Shown here in pieces: positions 13,001 to 23,077 of a DNA stretch of 64,000 nucleotides; position 1 is the first letter of the stretch; every line of letters begins with the position of its first letter. The notes beneath the pieces were generated by a model. That model was not told the origin of the DNA and searched no databases. It saw only the letters and a program-made list of their open reading frames with translations. The translations under genes were made by a program, and so were the position numbers. The stretch covers positions 28,107,260 to 28,171,259 of the forward strand of contig CM119263.1 of NCBI GenBank assembly GCA_051294375.1. Reading direction: 5' to 3'. Source of the stretch: Paraspadella gotoi. Its lineage: Eukaryota; Animalia; Chaetognatha.

Positions 13001-15126
13001 ATGTGTGATAGCGTTGAAAGAGTGACAGTGCAGGGCTACGACATAGGTGGGCAGATGGGGAGGGGGCGTTTTGAGCTCGGGGCGGGATAAAAAAAATTAA
13101 GCATTTATTTTATTATTTATGTGTTTATTTATTTATTTTAATTTTTTAAAATTTATTTATTTGTTTATTAGTATTTTTTTTACTTATTATTTTTTTATTT
13201 GTTTTTTTAAGTATTCATTCTATTGATCAGGTTCTAATTTTTTGCATAGCAAATTAGTAAAATCTCTGGTTCAGTTTATTATGATTCTAAGGATAATCTT
13301 TATGTTTATAACTTTAAATATTTAGGACATAAATTATATTATACTCCACCCGATCCACGAGCTCAAAACGCCCCCTCACTCTCTGCGTCAATCCTCGGTC
13401 AAGCGCCCCCGTCCCTCGTGGACCGCCTCTCCTACTCCGCCGGCCCCGTCTCCCCCCGCACCCCGCCCTCCGCCGCCGCCGCAGCCTTGTCGTCGCGCCC
13501 CTTACTTCCGGTGCAGCGGGACGCGAGTTCCGCGAGCGAGTTCACCCTCAGCACGGTCCAGTTCACCTCAACGCCTGTCTCCTTCGACGCCAGGCAGTCG
13601 ACGGAGATGATCAGGGAGGCCTCTGTCACATTTGACATCGTCAGGCGAACGGAGAGGTAGGGGGAGGGAGGGAGAGAGAGAGAGAGAGAGAGATTCATTG
13701 ACAAGAGAGGACGAATATAAGACAAAAGTTGATAAATACGACGAGCTAAAAATAGAAGGTTTATCGAAAAATCGAAGGAAAAAAATTGTTGTGACCATAG
13801 AAATAGAAAATAAAGAGAAAAAAAAGATATATGAAGGAAAAGTAAGTGAAAGTTTGATAGAATGGAAGAAAGAAAAAGTAAAAAATAAAGATAATGAAAC
13901 GAAACGAAAGTGCATCATGGTGAAAAGCTATTGACGCCATGAGAGCGTATTAGAAAATGGAGGTCGCAAGAAATGTGATTTCAAAGGTAAGTGGCTTCGT
14001 TATCTCGTCCGCTGATTGGTTAATGGATTTTGCGGGAAAAAGGAGGAGGAAGAGGAAGAGGGTGAGCGAAGAATCGATTGAAGCGTGAAATGGGGTTAAT
14101 GGGTTAATCCCTAATGCATCAGTGAATTTTTTAAATGCTGTAGATCAGTATTCTGTGTCGGTTCGTACTTGAAGTAAAAAGAACGTCTTCTCTGCACATA
14201 ATCATCCTTACACATTTAGTAATCTACTCTTTGGCGCTCTTTAATACCCGCGTTTACTTGTATTCGATGCCGTAATATCCGTAAACTGTTGTACGTACGA
14301 TTGAAAATACTCGGCTGTAATCGCATGACTTTACAGTAGGTTAATGTATCGTTAATTTTTACTCTTTACCTTATCGCTTTCTATCAATTACTTTTTTGTT
14401 TATCACCACAGTGTTTACCTTTTAACAGCCAAAAAAAGAAACATTAGCTTGACCCAAGAGCATTTGAAGTGTGAATGATATTCAGCGTGGCCTTTATAAA
14501 GAATTGTTTACTCGTAAATAGTCTTTATTCCGTAACTGATAAACTCTGCTCTCATTTTCAATGTGCATTAGATAATTTTAAAGTTGGTGTTTAGCTAACA
14601 GAGCTCTGATGATTCTAATGCTTTTACATTATTATTTTGACCCCAACCAACCACAATTCTTTCCATCGTCAACCCCGTGCCACCACCCCGTCAACCACCA
14701 CCCACTCCTCTAAACTCCAGCCTGGAGAGTCGGGACAACCCCTTCCGGCCGGAGGGTGACCTCAGTAAAGAGGTGGCGCCCATCGTGGAGGCTTACAAGC
14801 TGAAGAACCCCGCGGCGAGCCCTCTCTCCTCCCCCGAGCCCGCGACGCCGGATCCCCTCCCCCCCACGCCCCCAGTCACCCCCGAGGCGGAGATCGTCGT
14901 CGACGTCGGCGCCGTTGAACTCGAATCCGCGCCGCCGACGACGCCCACGCCCACTAAGTCGCCCACGTCCCCGCAAAATGGCGCCGCGGCGTCCAACGGA
15001 AAGTCGACGGCGGCGTCGCCGTCAAGCGGAGAAAACGGCGCTGTCGCAGATGCCGAGGACGTCGCCAGACGGACGGACAAAAAGAAGGACGTCGACGGAT
15101 GCTGTCAAAAGTGCGCCGTGATGTGA
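13001..15126 (+). CDS. 3-exon gene (13001-13046, 13404-13656, 14721-15126) for a Pro/Ser-rich disordered protein of about 234 aa with an NPF motif and C-terminal CCQKCAVM (CaaX)
   Basis: GT-AG introns of phase 1 (G|CG) and phase 2 (AG|C) give one open frame: MCDSVERVTVQGYDIAPPSLVDRL...RRTESLESRDNPFRPEGDLSKEV...KKKDVDGCCQKCAVM*. Exons are GC-rich. Confidence 0.75.
13060..13377 (+). repeat. 20-bp perfect inverted repeat near the two ends of intron 13047-13403
   Basis: gagggggcgttttgagctcg at 13060-13079; its exact reverse complement cgagctcaaaacgccccctc at 13358-13377. Confidence 0.9.
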
Positions 15127-16781
15127 AGAGAGAGGGATGGCGGCGTGAGGTGAGACTGTCGGCGGCGTCACGGTAGAACCTCGTTTCCTTTCCTAACTTT
15201 CGTCGTCGCGCCTCCCTACGTTTTTTGGTTTTTTTTTCATTATGGCATTCGCGTGAAATAACATTGATTTCTTTAAAACCCAAATTTAAAAGAAAAAAAA
15301 ACAAAAAAAAACTTATCTTTCACTAAAATTGAATGGCTAAAACAGTTTTAAAGGTTTGCGAGTGGCTGAACCGAGGTGTAATACTTAACCTTTAGAAAAT
15401 GTTATTTCTAAAATTTAAATTTCGATCGCATGAAAATTATTTCATAATTTTAGCAATCTACGGTGAAGGTTAATTTAATTAGTATTGAAACGTCGGAAAT
15501 ATAATATAGAAATGTTCTGGATGTATATTTAATTTTTTTTTTAGAAATTGTAAATTACTTTAAAATCTAGGGATCGATTTGCGTTTCCTTTCTTAAGGTC
15601 ACGATAAGGCTTTTTGCACTAACCTAATTGTAGTCGTTGCTTTTGGCCTTAATAAATCGAATGAAAAAATACTCTTTTAGAATATTTATGGTCAGTTTTG
15701 TAGCATAAAAACCTCCAAGAACTAGTCATATCAAGTTTAATTTAAAGGCCCAAAAGTTATTTTATTAAATTATAAAAACAATTTACTCTGTAGTATTTAT
15801 CTATTAATTTATCTTTCGGCTTCCAATTATGTAACAAATTTCTCGTATTCCGGAAAGTACCTCATAAATGCCGCGAAGGATCGTGCCCTTGAAATCGGCA
15901 GAACGATTAGCGATGGATAATTCTAGTCCCTTGGGTAATTTAATCCACTTTAATAAACCGCGCTGCACCCCGATGGTAAATTAGTATTTTCAATTTGATC
16001 ACTGTGTACGTAATAGTTTGAATCGGATCACTTTGTACGGAATATTTCGTAGTTTAAAACTATGTGCGGAATATTACAATTTTTATTTGCCAATTGATTC
16101 ATGTAAAAAAAAAAAACAAACTCAAAAGATTCTTTTTTTCTAAGACATTTATGCGTGTAACTCCGTCTTTTGTGCATCGATGTGCATTATATGTGATATA
16201 AAATTGCTTCCTTAATTTATATAACATTCTTTTTTAAAATTGACTCTCAGCTTTACTTAGAAATATCCCTGAAAATGAGTTCATTGTATTCTGTTGCCTA
16301 ATTCATGGAACTCTTTAGATACTATACAGTATACACTAATTATCACCATTGCTCTCTGTTAGAAAATCCAAGTCAAAACAAATCAAGTAGAAATTTCAGG
16401 TTTAATAGCCTTTTCAGTGAAGCTACTCGAATCAAGGCATTTACAAGTTACAATGCGAATTACATATTCAAATATCATTTTGAGATCTTCAAGTTAAACA
16501 TGCGTGTTGTGAATACAATCAACAAGTATTATTCATACACAAAAAGACGGATGTCATGTATGGAATGACGTCAAGTTTGTTTAAACACATAACGTTTATT
16601 TTGGCGTACAATTCGAGAAAGACAATTGCAGTTAATTTTGCAGTCAAAGTACCTAGATTTTCAGTTCAAGCGACGTCTGGCTGTTAATTGGCAAAGATGT
16701 TAAGAGCGCTACCATAAGTTGAGGAGAAAGTTCGACAAACCTTTGACGAAAATTTGGATTTAAATTGCATGCATAAAAAAT

Positions 16782-16782
<1 letters not shown>

Positions 16783-16813
<31 letters not shown>

Positions 16814-16815
16814 CG
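16783..16815. repeat. (GCAC)n microsatellite
   Basis: Direct reading. Confidence 0.9.
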
Positions 16816-16984
16816 GTTAAAAATCAAAGACTAAAAGCTGTCATCATCTCGGTCCCTGTTTCACTTGCACTCTTATCCCAGGAGCGCTGGCGTCATGGTG
16901 AGTTGTGGGACCTGGAATAAAAAAAAAGGTAGGCGATCTCGAGTAAGTACATCTGCTTATGTAGATGAGATATTCGTTATATTC

Positions 16985-17137
16985 TTTATTTATTTACTTA
17001 TTTTTTTATTCACGTATTTATTTTATTATCTATTATCTATTTATTTACCTTTTGTTTTTTATTTATCCTCTTCTACCTTCATTTACTTTACGCACTAATC
17101 ATATAACTATTTTATTTATTTATTTATTTATTTATTT

Positions 17138-17203
<66 letters not shown>

Positions 17204-17250
17204 CATTTATTTACTGATTTACATATTTACTTATTTATTTTTTCAATTAT
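16985..17250. repeat. (ATTT)n microsatellite / low-complexity tract; second copy at about 31905-32060
   Basis: Direct reading; the second copy coincides with a duplication junction. Confidence 0.85.
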
Positions 17251-17305
17251 TTTTTACAAGCAAAATTATTAACAATGTCAAAACATGTCCTCAAAAAGAC
17301 TTCCA

Positions 17306-20300
17306 TTAAAACTAACCGGCGAAGCTGGATTCGGCGAGGCCTGTATAGGCGCCGGAGAAGCCGGTTGGCCGGATTGAGTCTTTCGTCGTGAAGAGGACTT
17401 CCAGGCAGAGGCTCCAATTTGGTCCTCAACGCCGGAGCCGAGTTCGTCTTGATGGAGGAAGAGTTGGAGCCGGGTGAGTTCATTCCGGCGCCGGATACCG
17501 GACCATAGGTGCCGACGCCGCCGATTCCGCCGTGATGCCGCTGCCGACGCCGCCGACGAAGCCGTTGGTGGTAAAGGCGGAAGCGCGGGAAGAGGCGCTG
17601 CTTCGGTCGTTTCCTTTACTTCGTTTCTGTTGCGGAAGTAAGGCCGCGGTGTCGGTGAGTTGAATTAATAATGTTGTGAGTGATCCAACTTTCGGTTCGG
17701 CATGTTAATTATATAATGTAAATACAATATACAATAAATAAAATACAATATATCATGTACATATTAGACATTTCTTTGATGTCATTCAAAAAAAGGAAAG
17801 TTTAGGTGAGGTGCCGAAGAGTGGGATTCTTGGAGCGTCGGAAGACTTAGCGTCAATGTTAACTTACCTTCTTCATGAAAGAGTAAATATCTGACTCATT
17901 TGTCGCCTTTTTTCATTTTGACTTACCTTTGACGAATGAATTGGAAACTCCGACATCCAAAGCATGGACTGAAGACCGTCTTGACGAGCGGTTTGAAAAC
18001 CATAACTAGCTCTAATAATTGTACACAATGTGCAAAGTTATCTTCGATGAGACTCACCTTGACGAGCGGATTGATGACCCCGACGTTGGGAGTGTGGTTG
18101 AAGACCCGATTGAAGTTCGTCTCCCGATTCACGAGTTCGAGTTGATAGAATCTCTTGTCGTCGAGCAACTTGCGGATGCAGTCTTCTCTCTCGCCGACGA
18201 CACTGCGAAGGTTGTCGATGCATTCCAGGTCTTCGGGTCGAGACTCGCGTTTTGAATATCGATCCTCTGCTTCTCTCAGGCTGAGAAAATAATTGTTGGT
18301 TTTGTTGTCGGACCATTTCGGTGATAATGTTGTTTGTGTTGTTTTGGTTTGGTTCCTTTTATATACCGGACGTGTTTCTTAAACTTCCAACCGTTTGTCA
18401 AATACAGGTATGTCAAATATAGGTATGAAATAGCCGTAACCGATATAAAAAATGATTCATTCATTCAGTATATAAGTGCAAAGTCAGGTATAACGTTACC
18501 TGACTTTGCACATGCTATTGTGAGTTATGGCCTCCATCCATCTTAGGAGATAATAATATAGCAGGGACCTGCAAGCTTTCAATCAAGACTCTCTCACAGT
18601 CTCGTCATTTAATTCATGAGCATTATCAATAAATAGAAATGGTATAATGTTTTCATGCTGTTTCAATTAATCAAAGGACTAATCCTTTAGGTACTTATAC
18701 TTAATTTCTGATAAAATATTAATGTATGTAGTTTGTAAGTTCATTGTAATATATATTTGATGTAAGAGTTTGAAAGAATATTAATAATGGTATCTAGTTT
18801 GCTTACGGCGATTTGGAGCGCTGATATTTTGTCTTTGAGAAGGTCCTGCGCCTCTGTTGAATTCCGCCACGAGCGCTTGAGTTTCTCTGAGATTCTCTGG
18901 CCGCCTGAAAGACAAATAAAAGAACAGTTTGAGACACTCAAAACTGGGAGTAACGGGTATGAAATCTTATGTTAATTAAATTAATCTTTAAGTTAATTAA
19001 TGGGATTTATGATTGATCAATTCACGAAAAATACTTAATATGAATACGAAAAAAATTTTAACTGACGAGAAAGCCTTTTAACGTATTTCTGGTTTAATAG
19101 TTTAAATATTTATTCAAATTAATATAATAATAAATAATATAATAATTGTCATTCAAATCATTTTTAGACTTAATAAAAAATTTCCCGATGCAGACCTGTT
19201 CGTCCAGGGATCGTTGCTTGTCTTTTACTGCCCTCGATTCCATTTTTCTGTAAAATTTTAAATTACAAAAATTTATGTCAGAAGTGGGATTCGAACCCAC
19301 GCCGCATTCGCGGACCAGAATTCTCAACTCGGGGGAAGTCCGAGCACAGCGTAAGCTTGAGTCTGGCGCCTTAGACCCCTCGCCATCCTGACAACTGATA
19401 TTACCCTGTTTCACAGTGGTCTTTATTACAATTATTTCTGTTTTAAATTCTCAAAAATAGAATAAATTCTCCGAACCTAAGCTCGTTGCTGTTTTCCGTT
19501 TTGATTTTGCAAATTTCATGATCCCGACTTTCCAATTCGCGTTGCAGCGACTGGGAATGCGTTGTGATGTAAAAGTTGGGAGAGAAGTTTTAAATAAGCA
19601 TCTCAGAAAAGACTACCACGACGCTGCCAATCCTGCGGCACCTGCTGCATCTGCTCGACGTGGTCCCTCAATTCCTCCCGTCGATGTCGCGTCTTTGAAT
19701 TTGCGTCCGAAGTTCATCCAATTTTGTCTCGAATTCTCTTTCCTGGGGAAACAAGAGGATAGAAAGAAGAGAAAGAGGAGAAGAAAAAAAGTAAAAAGAT
19801 AAGAGAAAGAGAAAGAGAAATAAGACAATGGGAGAAGAAAGAAATGATGATTTTAGTTATTATTATAAAAGATAATATAATATTATTGAAGAGGAGAAGA
19901 GGATGAGTTCTAATTTTGATCAGAATCCAGTTACTCAAAGTTTCAAAATACAACTGACCAGTTGACTGGTTCGCAGAATTTCAACTGTAAATATATTTTC
20001 ACGTTTAATTTTGTATTCTTTTGTTTTTTTAAATGATGGCCAAAAACTTAGGAAACAAGAGTCAAGACTGAGACCTTATTATTTAAATACGCAATCACTA
20101 TTCGGAAAAAATGATTGGCATTGCCAAAGTTCACCCCGCCTATAAGCATGACACCTTCAGTTGTGACCCGGTGGCTCATTGGCGACTGGATCGGTCAAGT
20201 GTCTTCCACAACGATTCATTTTGTGCTTTTTTCATTCTCGGGTTAATAATAGTAGTGTTTTATGTAGCGACCCACCCTTGCTTTCAATGGTTAACTCACC

Positions 20301-20798
20301 CTCCGTCTCGCTCCTTAACTTACCCTGACGGCCGAGAGTTCCAAGGCGCGTTCCAGCTCCAGTTTGGCGGCGGCGAGTTGATGCGCGTGCGCCTTGGTGA
20401 GTCCCTCGCGTTCGCGGGTGAGTCTTTCAGTCACGTGATCGATTTCCGCGTCGTGTTCGTTCTGTCGAGGGTATCGGGATTCGCTCGATAAAGTATTGTA
20501 TATCTTAATAGTTATAATAAATTAATTAATTAATAGTAACTTTAATATCACCTTCAATTGCGATCGCAAAGCGTCCAGAGCGTTTTCGTGCTGTCGTTCA
20601 AGTTTTTCTTCCAGACCTTCCACGACCTTTTGATCGATAAATATTAATTGATTAATCTTTTAATTATTTTTAGTATTAATGTTACATTATTAATACTCAC
20701 GGCGCGATGCGCTGTTGTCTGGGCGATGAGTTCCTTCATGTGAGTATCTCGCAGGTTGTCTTCCAAGAACTACGAAAAAGTAGGGAGGGAGAAGTCAG

Positions 20799-20840
<42 letters not shown>

Positions 20841-22929
20841 TTCCTCTCTGTCTCCATCTGTTCCCTGATCCGCTCCATCTTCGTCTCCGCCTCCTCCCTA
20901 ATCTCTTTGACTTTGCTCGCCGTGTCCGCTTCCAAATGCTCCAGCTGCTCCTCTATCTTCGCCTCAGCTCCTCTAAGTTTCTCCGTCGCTTCCGCCAGTT
21001 GAGTCCTGAAGTTCTGCTCCATCGCTTCGCACTTACGTCGGAGGCGGGAGTTCTGGAGCAGAAAAGGTGGGGAAAGACAATATTTATTTTATCCCTGTTT
21101 AATCTATTCTGACATTATGCTTCGTATGATAATTCATGTCAATTGAATTAGTTATCTATTATGTCATTGCCCTGTTTAGTTTTTACCATCTAATAAAAGT
21201 GTTTGATATATTTGCAAGACTTTTTATTCCAAAAAACCCCACCTCTTCAACGACTTCCGACATCTTCTGCTGCCATCCCTCCTGCGCTGCAGCGACTTCC
21301 TGCTCCTTCATCGACGAGATTTGCGAGAGGGCGGCCATTTTGTCTTCCGAGTGCTGCGCCTCCAATTCGCTGCGGAGCCGCTCCATGTCGGTTCTAGAAC
21401 AACCGGGCGGGTGTGTCAGTTTTTTTTGTCTCAAATAATACTAGATCTCTTATCTTTTCTTTATTCAGTGAAGATGATATTTTTTCTAAGTCGATTTTGA
21501 CTAATCCATATTAAAAAATTATTTATAATTAATAGTCTTAAAGAAATAAAAGAACAACAATATTATATTAATATAGATAACAGTAGTTTAAAAAAATTTT
21601 AATCAAAAAGGTTTGTCAGAAGTGGGATTCGAACCCACGCCCGCATTCGCGGACCAGAAATCTCCACTCGATATTCGAGCAAGCAATCGCTTGAGTCTGG
21701 CGCCTTAGACCACTCGGCCATCCTGACACATGAGATCGAGGGTAATTCAAATTGAATTTAAAACTTCTCGAGCAAGAAGTTGACTTTTGTTTAAAATCGG
21801 AAGGATTATAGGCCAAAGCGGCAAAGACGGGACGGAGATAAATCTAATAACCGTTGAAAAACAAAAGTCACGAGGCAAAAATTTAGAAAGCCAATAATGT
21901 TTAAATGATCATTAAAGGTTTAATTATCTACCGCCGTTTCAGACTTTCAGTATAAAAGAGAGTTAACGTAGTCATACAAAGAGTTAATGCAGATTATTAT
22001 TTAAAATTCTCTTTTAAAGAACCTATCGAATTCGATTTAACTTGTCACTCTTACTCACCTTAACTTCTCCTGCCACGCCTCCTCGATGTCCCGCTTCGTT
22101 TTATCCCCGTTCTCCTTGTCCGCTTTCTGCATGGCCTCGATCTGTGCCAGGTGGGTCGCTTTCAGCCTCCCTGTTTCCGCCTGTATCGCCTCCGCCTCCG
22201 CCTGGCTCTGTCGGAAATCCTGGCGCGTCTGTTCCAGCACCGCTGGAAAAGGAAAGGAAAAAATGTAAAAAAAAAGATTAATAGATAATTTTTATAGTAT
22301 TCATTAGAAGTTTGTACTGTCTATGAAGAATAAATATTTTGACGAATTTTGTATCGGGAATTATTTATTTAAAACTGTCATTCTTTCGGTTTTCGGCCAC
22401 CTGTCCTCCACCGCAGCGGACCTTTCTGTGGCCAATAGTTCAGTCTTCAGACCATATAAGCTATTGATCTGCTTGTCTCTCAATATTATATTTTAGCCCG
22501 ATGTTTTCAGCAGATTCACAATTTCGAAATCCAGATAATGGCCCTTCTGAAGCTAGGGGCCCGAATTGCAGTCAATTCTTCATTCGCCGTTGAATGTTTA
22601 ATCTAATCTTGGGCTCTCTGAGGCTACTGGCTCAATCTTCATTTTTCATTTCAATTCAATTTTCATATTTTAGTCAATCGTTCTTTTACTTTTTAACCTA
22701 ACGTTGGCCTCTCTGAGGCCAGTAGTTTAAATCTTTAATTTACCTTTTAACCTAACGTTGGCCTCTCTGAGGCCAGTGGTTTAAATCTTTAGTTTACCTT
22801 TTAACCTAACGTTGGCCTCTCTGAGGCCAGTGGCCCCGTTCTCCGCCGATTCCAATCCCTTGGTCGTGTCCTGCAGCTGTTGATTCAGACGCGCCACCTC
22901 TGCGGTCGATTCCTCCAGAGTCACGGCGG
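17306..22929 (-). CDS. FAM184: FAM184A/B-like gene, 3' half (copy A, cut by the N gap at 22930)
   Basis: Exons encode LRSELEAQHSEDKMAALSQISSMKEQEVAAAQEGWQQK, HQLAAAKLELER, LLDDKRFYQLELVNRETNFNRVFNHTPNVGVINPLVK and KLEPLPGSPLHD, matching the FAM184 C-terminus as I recall it (FYQLELVNRETNFNKVF..VGVINPL; LDPIPNSPVHD). Confidence 0.85.
19276..19392 (-). tRNA. tRNA-Leu-CAA: tRNA-Leu(CAA) with intron, type 1 (copy A)
   Basis: GTCAGGATGG..GGTCTAAGGCGCCAGACTCAAG-[about 35-nt intron]-TTCTGGTCCGCGAATGCGG..GTGGGTTCGAATCCCACTTCTGACA, followed by a T-run. Confidence 0.9.
21614..21727 (-). tRNA. tRNA-Leu-CAA: tRNA-Leu(CAA) with intron, type 2 (copy A)
   Basis: Complete cloverleaf with A and B boxes and CAA anticodon; intron CGATTGCTTGCTCGAATATCGAGTGGAGAT; long variable arm; T5 terminator. 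Confidence 0.95.
22614..22830 (-). repeat. 54-bp tandem repeat copying an exon 3' end plus donor (also at about 27249-27470 and 37486-37710)
   Basis: Unit ACTGGCCTCAGAGAGGCCAACGTTAGGTTAAAAG|GTAAACTAAAGATTTAAACC, about 3 units plus a decayed remnant; period 22741 to 22795. Confidence 0.9.
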
Positions 22930-23077
22930 NNNNNNNNNNNNNNNNNNNNNNNNNCAATTTTCCCATTTACAAGTTTTTAAATTAACTAATTATTTATTTG
23001 AAAAAATAAGTACTATATATTCAGCTAATCATTCTTAAATAATTCCATGCCATTGGGCACCTCCACCTCCTCGACAG

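Noticed and set aside
13937-13992. Possible alternative first exon ending AAAG|GTAAGT inside intron 2 of the CaaX gene
   Set aside because: The ATG frame ends in phase 0 while the next acceptor needs phase 2, and the phase-2 frame contains TGA.
22614-22830. Palindromic repeats resembling a CRISPR array
   Set aside because: The spacers are near-identical, the unit derives from a eukaryotic exon end, and no cas genes are present.
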